Below are positions 28,351-38,090 of a stretch of DNA of 64,000 nt, piece after piece. This DNA is from Bordetella parapertussis (GTDB lineage Bacteria; Pseudomonadota; Gammaproteobacteria; Burkholderiales; Burkholderiaceae_D). The DNA is taken from assembly GCA_945866125.1 (NCBI GenBank), contig CAMBFZ010000019.1, forward strand, positions 53 to 64,052, read 5' to 3'. A program made the position numbers and the translations under genes. Within the stretch, counting starts at the first letter, position 1. Each line of letters opens with the position of its first letter. The notes below the pieces were generated by a model. The model saw nothing but the letters and a program-made list of their open reading frames with translations. It did not search any database and was not told the origin of the DNA.

Positions 28351-31300
28351 TTATCGTCTCAGGTCTAACGTGAACGGATGTTCGCGGCTTGCAGCAGCAT
28401 CAATATTGGGCATCATATCGGATAGCACACCCGGGGTATGGCCCATACGGAAGAAGCGACCCAGTCGGCGGGCCTCGGCTTCGTAGGCATTGACGGGTAG
28501 GTTGTCATAACTTAAGCCGCCCGGATGCACGACATGATACTGGCAACCACCGACTGAGCGCTTCATCCAGGTGTCGACCAGATCAAATATCAGCGGCGCA
28601 TGCAGATCAATACTGGGATGCAGACTCGAGGGCGGGTTCCAGGCTTTGTATCGTACGCCGGCGACAAATTCGCCGGTGGTGCCGCTGGATTGTAGTGGCA
28701 CCGGGCGGCCGTTACAGGTGAGGCAATAGCGGCTTGCGTTAAAGCCGGTCACCCTGACTTCGACGCGTTCAAGCGAGGAATCGACATAGCGTGCAGTACC
28801 GCCGGCAGTGCTTTCTTCGCCCATTACATGCCAGGGTTCCAGCGCGTGGCGCAAATGCAGCGTCATGCCCATGCTGTCCAGACTGCCGATACGGGGGAAA
28901 CGGAATTCCAGATGCGGTGCAAACCATTCGGGCTTGAAGGCAAAGCCGCTTTGCTGCATCTCGGTGATGATGTCGTTAAAATCCATCTGCACAAATGCCG
29001 GCAACAAAAAGCGATCATGCAGCTCGGTTCCCCAACGGGTTACAGGGGCGCGATAAGGCGTAGCCCAAAAACGCGCAATCAGCGCGCGCAGCAGCAGCTG
29101 CTGCACGATGCTCATGCGCGCATGCGGCGGCATTTCAAAGGCGCGCAATTCAAGTAAGCCGAGGCGGCCGGTGATACTGTCGGGTGAATACAGTTTATCG
29201 ATACAAAATTCACTACGATGGGTATTGCCGGTGACGTCGATCAGAATATTTCTGAGCGTGCGGTCGACTAGCCAGGGAGGTAACTCGTCTTGGTGCTTGT
29301 CACGATGGGCATAAATTTCACGCAAGGCGATTTCCAACTCATAGAGTTGATCATTGCGCGCTTCATCAACGCGCGGTGCCTGACTGGTGGGGCCGATAAA
29401 CAACCCGCTAAACAGATAGGACAGGCTAGGGTGGTTATGCCAATACAAGATCAGGCTGGCTAATAACTCGGGCCGGCGCAAAAACGGACTATCTGCAGGG
29501 GTAGCGCCGCCCATCACAAAATGATTACCGCCACCGGTGCCGGTGTGACGGCCGTCGGTCATGAATTTTTCCGCAGACAAGCGCGACTCAAACGCTGCCT
29601 GATATAAAAATTCCGTGTGCGCGACGATCTCGTTCCAGTTGTGGGCCGGATGAATATTCACTTCAATGACGCCAGGGTCGGGCGTGACTTGCAATAGCTT
29701 CAGGCGCGGGTCGCGCGGTGGTGGGTAGCCTTCCAGCACAATCTTGAGTTGTAATTCTTCGGCCGTGGCTTCCACCGCTGCGAGCATGCGCAGATAATCT
29801 TCAAGCCGTGCCACCGGCGGCATAAATACATAAAGTGAACCGGTTTTTCCGCCGAATTCTTTTTCGGCTTTGGGGCCGTTCGCGCGCATTGGATCGCGCG
29901 TCTCGACACAGAGCGCGGTACGGGCAACGCCAACCGCGGAGGTAAATTTTTCCGGTGCGATGTCTGCGGCTGCAACGCTTGTGGCAGTCTTTGGTGCATC
30001 GATCGTGTGCGGCTGACTGCGCACATTGACCGTTGCAGGTAACGGCGGGCGGGGCGCAAATGGGTCTTGCTCAATCAGGTACGGATAGTCTGATTTTTTT
30101 ACCCACGGTAGCGCATCAAGCGGCAGCCGGTAGCCCATGGGCGAATCACCCGGCATCAAAAAAAGCCGATCGTCGCGGAAATGCCAGGGTCCGGTGGTCC
30201 ATGCTGGTTCATCGTTCTCGACGGATTCGGCGATTTGCAGTGGCAGCGCGTAGCCAACCACAGACTCGAGCTGCTGCAAAAATACGCGCCGCAGTCGGGC
30301 ACGATCAAGCGCATCGTCAAGGCGGGAATCAAGCGCATCGACATTGACCGGCAGGCGCGCCTCGCGCCATTGATAATAAAGTGCGTCTTCAAAAGCCGGA
30401 TGAATGTAGGCATCGGTCAGGCCGAGCTTGGCCGTCAGGACATGGATAAAACGTTTGGCATCATCGGCCGTATAGACCATAGGTTCGGCTTCATTGGCAA
30501 ACAAAGCCGGGTTGCGCCAGACCGGTTTGCCATCAGCGCGCCAGCAAATCGACAGCGCCCAGCGCGGCAATTGCTCACCGGGGTACCACTTGCCCTGACC
30601 GTAATGCAAAAAGCCACCGCGGCCATATTCATCACGCAGTTTATTGACGAGTTCGGTTGCATAGCCCCGCTTGGTCGGACCGAGCGCGTCCGTGTTCCAC
30701 TCAGGCTCATCGCGCCCCTGTGCCGCCACGAAGGTTGGCTCGCCTCCCATGGTCAGGCGCACGTCACCGGCCTCGAGCTGGTGGTCGACAGCGGTACCAA
30801 GCGCGATGATGTCGGCCCATTGTTCGTCGCTATAGGGTTTAGTCACGCGGGGCGACTCGACAATGCGCGTAATGTTCATCGCATGGCGGAAGGTCACCTC
30901 AGACTCGTCGACGCCGCCTTCGATTGGCGCTGCGCTGGATGGTTCGGGTGTGCAGGCCAAGGGGATATGCCCTTCGCCCGCGAGCAGACCTGAGGTGGGG
31001 TCCAGTCCGATCCAGCCCGCACCGGGCAAATAGACTTCGCACCAGGCATGCAAATCGGTGAAATCAACATCGGTGCCGCTGGGGCCATCCAGTGATTTGA
31101 CATCCGGTTTAAGTTGAATCAGATAGCCCGACACAAAGCGGGCGGCGAGCCCGCAATGGCGGAGCAAGTGCACCAGCAGCCAGCCACTATCGCGACATGA
31201 GCCGCTGCGTTTGGTTAGGGTTTCTTCGGGCGATTGCACGCCGGGTTCGAGGCGCACCAGGTAGCGAATATCTTGCTGCAGTTGCTGATTGATTTTGACC

Positions 31301-31734
31301 AGAAAATCAATCGTGCGCATCGTGCTGCGGTCGATCGTTTTAAGGTAATTTTTGACACTCGGTGCGGCACAACCCACCTGCAAATAGGGCCCCAGTTCTT
31401 TTGTTAGGGTGCGACTGTAGGCGAAGGGATAATTCTCGGCATCGGGCTCGAGGAAAAAATCAAAAGGATTAAACACCGCCATCTCGGCGACGACATCCAC
31501 CGTCACGGTAAAGTGCGTGGTTTTTTCAGGGAAGACCAGACGGGCCTGATAATTCGCGAACGGGTCTTGCTGCCAGTTGATGAAATGGCCAGTCGGTTCG
31601 ACCTTGAGGGAGTACGACAGAATCTGGCTGCGGCTATGCGGCGCAGGTCGTAGCCGAATCACTTGCGGACCTAATTCAACCGGGTGATCGTAGTGATATT
31701 CGGTAACGTGATGCAGGGCGATATGGAGGGACAT
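28351..31734 (-). CDS. Large transglutaminase-like protein with DUF2126 domain
   Basis: 1127-aa ORF starting MSLHIALHHVTEYHYDHPVELGPQVIRLRPAPH. It has the core motifs SGSCRDSGWLLVHLLRHCGLAARFVSGY, HAWCEVYLPGAGWIGLDPTSG and a long C-terminal DUF2126-like region. Confidence 0.85.
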   Translation of the reverse strand: MSLHIALHHVTEYHYDHPVELGPQVIRLRPAPHSRSQILSYSLKVEPTGHFINWQQDPFANYQARLVFPEKTTHFTVTVDVVAEMAVFNPFDFFLEPDAENYPFAYSRTLTKELGPYLQVGCAAPSVKNYLKTIDRSTMRTIDFLVKINQQLQQDIRYLVRLEPGVQSPEETLTKRSGSCRDSGWLLVHLLRHCGLAARFVSGYLIQLKPDVKSLDGPSGTDVDFTDLHAWCEVYLPGAGWIGLDPTSGLLAGEGHIPLACTPEPSSAAPIEGGVDESEVTFRHAMNITRIVESPRVTKPYSDEQWADIIALGTAVDHQLEAGDVRLTMGGEPTFVAAQGRDEPEWNTDALGPTKRGYATELVNKLRDEYGRGGFLHYGQGKWYPGEQLPRWALSICWRADGKPVWRNPALFANEAEPMVYTADDAKRFIHVLTAKLGLTDAYIHPAFEDALYYQWREARLPVNVDALDSRLDDALDRARLRRVFLQQLESVVGYALPLQIAESVENDEPAWTTGPWHFRDDRLFLMPGDSPMGYRLPLDALPWVKKSDYPYLIEQDPFAPRPPLPATVNVRSQPHTIDAPKTATSVAAADIAPEKFTSAVGVARTALCVETRDPMRANGPKAEKEFGGKTGSLYVFMPPVARLEDYLRMLAAVEATAEELQLKIVLEGYPPPRDPRLKLLQVTPDPGVIEVNIHPAHNWNEIVAHTEFLYQAAFESRLSAEKFMTDGRHTGTGGGNHFVMGGATPADSPFLRRPELLASLILYWHNHPSLSYLFSGLFIGPTSQAPRVDEARNDQLYELEIALREIYAHRDKHQDELPPWLVDRTLRNILIDVTGNTHRSEFCIDKLYSPDSITGRLGLLELRAFEMPPHARMSIVQQLLLRALIARFWATPYRAPVTRWGTELHDRFLLPAFVQMDFNDIITEMQQSGFAFKPEWFAPHLEFRFPRIGSLDSMGMTLHLRHALEPWHVMGEESTAGGTARYVDSSLERVEVRVTGFNASRYCLTCNGRPVPLQSSGTTGEFVAGVRYKAWNPPSSLHPSIDLHAPLIFDLVDTWMKRSVGGCQYHVVHPGGLSYDNLPVNAYEAEARRLGRFFRMGHTPGVLSDMMPNIDAAASREHPFTLDLRR

Positions 31735-31769
31735 AGTCAGTCAGTCACGTCGTGAATTATTCCGGTGAT

Positions 31770-31784
31770 GCACTAAATTAGTGC
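31770..31784. promoter_or_regulatory. Perfect 7-1-7 palindrome GCACTAAATTAGTGC upstream of the transglutaminase cluster
   Basis: Seen directly. It lies ~36-50 bp upstream of the DUF2126 gene ATG (31734), in the 215-bp gap after tssA. Confidence 0.5.
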
Positions 31785-31949
31785 GCACCTCGGCGCGATC
31801 GCCTAAGCGATCACGAAAATCCCGCGTGTGGCTGGTGTTTATAGGGCGTTTCGCTGCAATGAGGTGCTCACAGCGACAAAAGCATTTTGCATGCCCGTGG
31901 GGGTTGGGCGCGGGAGATTAGCCCGATACCCATCGGGATCGGGCTGGTT

Positions 31950-33179
31950 TTAGCGTGGCGACGACATGCCCAGCATGGTGAAAAAACGCTCGAGCGCGCC
32001 TTCACCGCTGCCCGCTTCCTGGATCAGTTCAGGCAGCGACATCTGTCCCCACCGCACCGCACGCCGGACCAGATAGGGGGTGGGGCTGTGCGGCTCGGTA
32101 GCTTGCAAAAATGCGGCGGCGGCTTCAAGTTGGCGATAGGCGTCCTCGCGACTGCTGAGCACCGCGGCGATCGTTGCGATGTCCTGCGCCTGGTCGACGA
32201 CAGGCGGCGCAGGTACGTCACCTGGCACCGCTGGTACGCCATCTGACGTAAGCAACGCATCCGGTTCAGGAGAAGCGTCAGGCTCTGTTGTAGCGGGCGG
32301 CTCCATAGGTTCCTGTTCCTCCTTGGCAGTCAGGCTGGCAAATTGCCACCAGGGCTTCGCGCCGCCTGATGATACGGGGATTTCTGCAGCCAGACTTTTT
32401 GCGGCCGCCAAAATAGATTCCAACACCGCTCTGACCTGCGCCAAGGAGAGCGAATCGTCGGGGATGAGACTATCAAGACGCTCCGATAAGGCCTTGATAG
32501 AAGTGAGCGCCCCATCGGCCTGACTGGCGACTATTTGTAAAATTTTGGAGTCGCTGGGCTGGATGCTATCGCGAATTGCTTGTCGGTTGGCCCATGTAGG
32601 CGGTGCATCATTTTTTTTGTCGCGCTCTTTGCCACGGTTCTTATCATTCGCTTTGCGCTCGGTCTCACCGACGGGCGTGGTTTCCCAGTCCAGCAAGGTC
32701 ACCGGCATCTCACGCGTAGCGGTAGCCGGCAAGATCAGCACATGCTGCTTCAAGGTGATTGGCAAGGGGCCATTGAGCCAGACAAAAGGCGCGATACGGC
32801 GATCATAATCTCCGTCTTCAATTGCTGGCCAGCCGCTGTTCCAGTAGCGATCGACCATGCCATTGATGAGCGCAAGACCGGCCTGCAGGCCCTCAAGTCG
32901 ATGCAAGCGACTCCACGCGTCGCATAACCAGATAGCGACCTGAAAATCCTTCGAGTCTTCGTCCAGCAAGCGAATGCAAGACGCGGCGACTTCACGCCAA
33001 TCAGCGCGAACGAGCGGACGCTCCCACTCGCCCATCGGCAAAGTCGGATCGTCCTCTTCGCGGGCTTTGCCAAGATCGATAAAAGCACGTTCGTAGCGCA
33101 TCCACCGGCCGGCGGGTGCGTCGCCGGCCAAGGGTTCGAGTAAATCTGCAACGGTCTGATTGAGCGTGAGCTTGGTCAT
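31950..33179 (-). CDS. tssA: Type VI secretion protein TssA (ImpA N-terminal domain family)
   Basis: LLEPLAGDAPAGRWMRYERAFIDLGKAREEDDP...ADWREVAASCIRLLDEDSKDFQVAIWLCDAWSRLHRLEGLQAGL matches the ImpA_N pattern. It abuts the tssM stop. Confidence 0.85.
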   Translation of the reverse strand: MTKLTLNQTVADLLEPLAGDAPAGRWMRYERAFIDLGKAREEDDPTLPMGEWERPLVRADWREVAASCIRLLDEDSKDFQVAIWLCDAWSRLHRLEGLQAGLALINGMVDRYWNSGWPAIEDGDYDRRIAPFVWLNGPLPITLKQHVLILPATATREMPVTLLDWETTPVGETERKANDKNRGKERDKKNDAPPTWANRQAIRDSIQPSDSKILQIVASQADGALTSIKALSERLDSLIPDDSLSLAQVRAVLESILAAAKSLAAEIPVSSGGAKPWWQFASLTAKEEQEPMEPPATTEPDASPEPDALLTSDGVPAVPGDVPAPPVVDQAQDIATIAAVLSSREDAYRQLEAAAAFLQATEPHSPTPYLVRRAVRWGQMSLPELIQEAGSGEGALERFFTMLGMSSPR

Positions 33180-36100
33180 TTATCGATCCAGTGCAGGGGC
33201 ACGATCCGGGAATACTCGCGGCCAGGCAAGCGGCGTCGTTTTTCCCGGCTCAGAAAGGGTCAGGCCGGCAAACACGCGCACGACCTTATCTTTGCCCACG
33301 GGGTCTTTAGGATCGGCGGGGGCAACGGGCAGTTCTAAGCGCAGCAGCTGTGTGCGTGTATCCAACGAATCATCGAGCCGCAGCAATTGAATCATGTCCA
33401 GCAAAGCCCATGGCCCTTCAAAGTGGAAGCTGGCGGTTTTTTTGCTGACAGACAGGAATGGATTATTCGTATCTCCCTGTGGAATCAGCGGCACATCATT
33501 CGCAAAACGCAGCGTCAGCCGCACGCTGGCACCCGGCTTCCAGCGCAAGGGCTTTGGCGGATCGCGCAGTTTGATGGTTTGCTCGCCAATGCTCAAGGAC
33601 CAGTCGATGATTTTATTCCCGCCGATTTCGGCCGCCGTATTAATACGGAATTTGGCCTGCACATCAAAGCCAGCCTGAATGGCAGGATCGGTTGGAAATA
33701 GCGGCGCCATAAATTGACGCACGGCCGCAAACTGCAAAGCGATATCCCGTATCGGCAGGGTTGCACTCTCGGTGCCGAGACTGCGGGCCAGAACCTCTGG
33801 TGACACGGCCGGCAGATGGTTCAGCGCCGCGCTGACTTCAGCGATGTCTGCACTGGCGATTTCATTGTATTCACCGAGCTTGGCTGTCATCGGACGCGAG
33901 CCTGTGAAAGGACGCCGTCCCTTGAGGGCGCGATTAAAATCTGCCGAAAAAACAGCCCATTGATCCACAAAACTCCGGCGATCCAGCGCCACACAACGGC
34001 GCGTAATTACCCGATGCAGATCCTGCTGGCGCTCCGCAAAATAATTGCCTGGCCGGCGTACCGGTTCATGAATTTTAAGCGCAGCCATACAGCTTGGTGC
34101 ATCAAGATCGCGACCCATATCGAGCAAGAAACGCTCAAGTTTGCCCAGACTGCTCTTGGGATCTTTGGCCTTATAGAGTTCGATGTCTGCTGCAATCGCG
34201 GCCCAACGCGTCAGTTCTGGTGTATTGCGGCTCTCCGTGGGGAGTGCAGTGCGGTAGGCCATTGCACGGGTGGCGAGTGCGTCGATTTTGCCAAACTGCC
34301 TGGCAAGATAGTCGGGCAGATCTTGCTGCGTACCCGCGCCAAACACAGACAACATGCCCTTGGTTTCACTGCGCCCGTCGTCCCCATCTGAATCACCCAG
34401 ACTGTAGAGTCGCGCGTTAAGCAGCTCCGCGCTCAATGATTTGAGACGCGCCGACGCATCATTGGCGACAATCGTTTGCAGTGTGTGGAACTGCTCGTCT
34501 TGACCTGTTTCCTTGAGCATCGTGCCGATTTTTTTCAGATGCGCCGAGGTCGCCTCAAAATTTGCATTCTGCGCTAAGCGGTCGTCTGAATGTCCTCCTT
34601 CAGTCGTCTCAATCGTAAACGATTGCGACACGATGTCGACGAGTAGTAGCGAGAATTGATAATCAATTAATTCGCGTACCGATGCCTGCATCATCTGTGG
34701 GAATTTGGGCAAATCGTCAGTAAGATATTTTTTACGTGATTCATTGAGCTTCGCTGCCTTGTCTAGCTTCTCGTTATTCCAGAGGACCAAGGTGCCTTTC
34801 GCTGTAGCGTCGAGGCCATCGCCGACCGTGGTGTGCATAAATGGCTGCTCAATAAAATTATCCAGCGCATTGAGCAAGTTTTCGCGCTCTTTTGAGAGCT
34901 TGAGCGGCGTGCCCTCCACGATGGGGGCTAATGCGCTTTCTAGCTGAGTGCCGCCATTGTATTTAAACAGGGTCGTGAATTCTACTTTCGTTTTGGCGAA
35001 ATTTTCACGAGAATCTAAGCGAATTTTCTCGACGGCTTCCGGGCCAATCAGTTTGAGTTTCGAAAAATCGTGCAGCAGTTTGTCATAGGCGCTACCTGAG
35101 CGCATGTCTAATTGCGTGATCCAAGTGCCATCACCTATATCCAATAAGGCTTTTTGATTTTTGATCGCATCGAGCAGAGCCCGGTAACGGGTCAACATGT
35201 CGGCGCTAGTGGGCATATCGCTGCCGTTGAACATCGTCAGCACCTCATTTTTGGCGTCAATGATCCGCATCTCTGAGGCAATAAGCGCATTTTTTTCGAA
35301 TATTTTTTGGTGCAGCGCGAGCGAACCTTTCAGAAAACTACAACGAGCGGCAAGCGAGATAGCGGACTTATCGATCAATTCAGCGTCATTGATCGAGACT
35401 TTTTTAAACAAAGCGATCGACGCTGTCAGGTCGCCGGGAACATCCGCTCCTAGAGCATCAAGCACTAAGTCATGAATATCGTCCTGGCTTGTTTTTGTTG
35501 GCGTCTTCAAGCTTTGCATTGCCAGCACATTTGTATCAAGTCGCTTCATTTCCGCTAAGAAGCGGGAGAGCATCGTGAACTCGGGCAGGGTCTCGATGTC
35601 AATCGAGGGTTCGGTGTTGAGGTTAAAAGCGCTAGTCGCCGTGCCTGGTGCTGAGCAATTGTCCGCGCCGCCAGCCAGTGTGTTGGACATAGGGTTGAGT
35701 GGCGCACGGGTTAGCTCAGCGGTGCGGCGGTATAAAGATTTTTGAATCGTGCTGACGGCAAGCTCGGCAAACTCTTGTTCGATACGTTTGTATGCCCGTA
35801 AAAATAAATCATCAAATATCGGCCAGGAGCCCGGCATGAACGGGTTGATCGGCCGAGGACTGTCGCTGGTTGGCTTATAGGAGTCGTTAAAGCGTTTAGC
35901 CTGCAGCTGTTCAAGACCAATCATCAGCGATAGCGCCGTTTTGCGATACCACTCGAATTCAATTACCTCTCCTTTGCTACTTGCCTGAGCACGGAACTGG
36001 CGGTCGCGATTGAGACCGTCTATCCCTTCGGCGAGCACGGGGAAAACGCGTTGCAACTGGATCGTTGAGGCAATTAGTCCCACGCTAAAAATCGACAGCA

Positions 36101-37208
36101 CGGCAATCGCCGACCAGCGCGAGATCCGACTCATGATGGGTCTGGCCAACCGTTGCGAATGCGCCGCTCGCGACAGACCGAATTCGGCGAAGACTTTCTT
36201 CTCAATGACGTCCCGCAAAAATACGGGCTCTTGCGTGGCGCCGTAGAGGTACATCCCGCGCAAGAAAAACGGCTCATGATAAGCATTGGCCCGCATGAGT
36301 TCATCGACATAGGTCGACATCCCTTCACGCAATTCGGCCAGTCGGCTCGGTAGCAAAAATAATTCAGAAGGGGAATGCAGCTGGACATCCGAAGCAAACA
36401 ATTCTGCCGACACGGTCGCAACAGATTGCTCCATCTGGTCAAATGCCTGCGTGACCCAATCCGATTGATACAGCATGGTCGGCTGATAGGGCGAGGACCA
36501 GCCCAGCATGCTTTGGCGCATGGATTGGGGCAGGGCGGCGGCAAATTCCGAAAAACACGCAAGGTGTTCACCGCCTGAGATCAGCACATATACCGCAAAG
36601 CGCATTGCGTAGTGGTTTTGCGCAATCCAGATACGACGACTGGCCAGATTGGCACGACGTTTTAATTCTTCGCGACCGGTCGGGCTCTGGTCGAGCAGTA
36701 GGTTAACTGGGATCGAGACAACGATTGAATCTAACGGACGCTGCGGGCGGTAACGACCACAGAGAGCGAGAAAGGCTTCCCAGCTGCGTTCTTCCTGCAG
36801 TTCGCCTTCGGCAGTCAGCGCCGCGTTGGACTCAAGCGAGATGACAATGCCGCGATCGAAAAAATGCCAGTTTGGCGCGTGCGCTTCTTTGTCAATATCA
36901 TGGTCAGGCGCTAACACCCGGGAGATGCCGGCGCGTTCGAGTGCAGACCCGGTACCATCTTCCTTCTCGTGCATCAGCACAACCCAAGGAATATCGTAGC
37001 GCTTGGGGCGGGCTGTGATATTACGCTCAATGAGTTCCACGGCAGACCTGAAAGCATCGCGCATTTGCCCTAGATGCAGCGAGATGCGGCGTGTCGCCTT
37101 ACCCTCATCTTTATCTTTACGCACGCTAAATTTGAGCGCCGAAAAGAGAATCACCAAGGTGACGATGAAAAGAATCGCAATCCAGATGAGTGAGAGCGGG
37201 TTATCCAC
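33180..37208 (-). CDS. tssM: Type VI secretion membrane subunit TssM (IcmF family) with a degenerate Walker A
   Basis: 1342-aa ORF with N-terminal TM helices and IcmF-like central and C-terminal regions. The P-loop position reads IPWVVLMHEKEDGTGSALERAG, with no GxxGxGK(S/T). Confidence 0.85.
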   Translation of the reverse strand: MDNPLSLIWIAILFIVTLVILFSALKFSVRKDKDEGKATRRISLHLGQMRDAFRSAVELIERNITARPKRYDIPWVVLMHEKEDGTGSALERAGISRVLAPDHDIDKEAHAPNWHFFDRGIVISLESNAALTAEGELQEERSWEAFLALCGRYRPQRPLDSIVVSIPVNLLLDQSPTGREELKRRANLASRRIWIAQNHYAMRFAVYVLISGGEHLACFSEFAAALPQSMRQSMLGWSSPYQPTMLYQSDWVTQAFDQMEQSVATVSAELFASDVQLHSPSELFLLPSRLAELREGMSTYVDELMRANAYHEPFFLRGMYLYGATQEPVFLRDVIEKKVFAEFGLSRAAHSQRLARPIMSRISRWSAIAVLSIFSVGLIASTIQLQRVFPVLAEGIDGLNRDRQFRAQASSKGEVIEFEWYRKTALSLMIGLEQLQAKRFNDSYKPTSDSPRPINPFMPGSWPIFDDLFLRAYKRIEQEFAELAVSTIQKSLYRRTAELTRAPLNPMSNTLAGGADNCSAPGTATSAFNLNTEPSIDIETLPEFTMLSRFLAEMKRLDTNVLAMQSLKTPTKTSQDDIHDLVLDALGADVPGDLTASIALFKKVSINDAELIDKSAISLAARCSFLKGSLALHQKIFEKNALIASEMRIIDAKNEVLTMFNGSDMPTSADMLTRYRALLDAIKNQKALLDIGDGTWITQLDMRSGSAYDKLLHDFSKLKLIGPEAVEKIRLDSRENFAKTKVEFTTLFKYNGGTQLESALAPIVEGTPLKLSKERENLLNALDNFIEQPFMHTTVGDGLDATAKGTLVLWNNEKLDKAAKLNESRKKYLTDDLPKFPQMMQASVRELIDYQFSLLLVDIVSQSFTIETTEGGHSDDRLAQNANFEATSAHLKKIGTMLKETGQDEQFHTLQTIVANDASARLKSLSAELLNARLYSLGDSDGDDGRSETKGMLSVFGAGTQQDLPDYLARQFGKIDALATRAMAYRTALPTESRNTPELTRWAAIAADIELYKAKDPKSSLGKLERFLLDMGRDLDAPSCMAALKIHEPVRRPGNYFAERQQDLHRVITRRCVALDRRSFVDQWAVFSADFNRALKGRRPFTGSRPMTAKLGEYNEIASADIAEVSAALNHLPAVSPEVLARSLGTESATLPIRDIALQFAAVRQFMAPLFPTDPAIQAGFDVQAKFRINTAAEIGGNKIIDWSLSIGEQTIKLRDPPKPLRWKPGASVRLTLRFANDVPLIPQGDTNNPFLSVSKKTASFHFEGPWALLDMIQLLRLDDSLDTRTQLLRLELPVAPADPKDPVGKDKVVRVFAGLTLSEPGKTTPLAWPRVFPDRAPALDR

Positions 37209-38076
37209 GGCTTACCTCACTGGAAACAGGGCGCTCAATCTTTGCCGGCGCAGCAGGATCAAGCGCCCGGCGCAGCGGTGACGAGCTCCAGCGCCAAAGG
37301 ATCTGAGACAAAATCAACAACGCCAGCAGCGCGCCAATAAAGATCAGGCTTGACTGACTAAAACGGAAAAATCGGACAGGCTCCATATTGGAGAGCACGC
37401 TCTGGTAGGCCTGCTCCGAGATAACGCGATCGGCAAAAGCAGGTTGCTCAGCTAAATCTGATTTTAATAACGGTTCACGACGATAGATTTTTCGGTACAG
37501 CGCGTCGCGAATGGGGATCAGCGAGTCATCCGCATCTGGCCCACGAAAACGACCTTGAAACCCAATGGCTACTGCAAATAAATATAGCGGCGCGAGTTGT
37601 TGTGCACGGCTCGAGGTATCACCAAGCAGCTGCGAAATGCGATCGAAAATTTTATCGCCGGCGAGGCTCGACCCGAACAAGCGGGTCTCAACCAGGTAGC
37701 TCGTGAAAAAAGGCCGGCCACTCCAGGCCTCACTGAGCAGTAACTCGTCTGCCATCGCCGCTTTCAGGTAGCGTAATTCATCCACAAGCATCAGTTCTGC
37801 CTGACTTGCTTCTCGCGAAAACTGCAGGTCTTGCGCTTCCGCGATGCGAGCGATGTTGTCCGACATTTTTTTCGCAGCATTGTTAGCTTCTTTGGATACG
37901 GTCGGGTCGGACAGGTCAAGATCACCCGGCGCTGCATGGACAAGCTGCTGCCTGACTTCATCAATAAATTCCCGGAACTGACGTAACAGCAACGACTCCG
38001 CCGTACCAGCAACGATGAGCTTGGCACGGGGCAGCGATTGTCTGCGTTCCTTTTCCGGGCGAGTAAGTATTCCCAT
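37201..38076 (-). CDS. tssL: Type VI secretion protein TssL (DotU family), no peptidoglycan-binding extension
   Basis: It has the DotU-like motif LYLFAVAIGFQGRFRG and a single C-terminal TM (LIFIGALLALLILSQILW) followed by only ~25 residues. It overlaps the tssM start by 8 nt. Confidence 0.82.
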   Translation of the reverse strand: MGILTRPEKERRQSLPRAKLIVAGTAESLLLRQFREFIDEVRQQLVHAAPGDLDLSDPTVSKEANNAAKKMSDNIARIAEAQDLQFSREASQAELMLVDELRYLKAAMADELLLSEAWSGRPFFTSYLVETRLFGSSLAGDKIFDRISQLLGDTSSRAQQLAPLYLFAVAIGFQGRFRGPDADDSLIPIRDALYRKIYRREPLLKSDLAEQPAFADRVISEQAYQSVLSNMEPVRFFRFSQSSLIFIGALLALLILSQILWRWSSSPLRRALDPAAPAKIERPVSSEVSRG

Positions 38077-38090
38077 TGCGCTCTACTTTT

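Noticed and set aside
30181-30993. 270-aa plus-strand ORF within the DUF2126 gene
   Set aside because: It lies entirely antisense to the 1127-aa transglutaminase-DUF2126 ORF, which has clear family motifs. Its composition is biased (R/G/A) with no start context.
31920-31945. Hairpin AGCCCGAT-(10 nt)-ATCGGGCT just downstream of tssA, considered as the T6SS operon terminator
   Set aside because: On the minus (transcribed) strand it is not followed by a U-tract. The T-rich side faces the plus strand, where no gene ends, so terminator function is uncertain.
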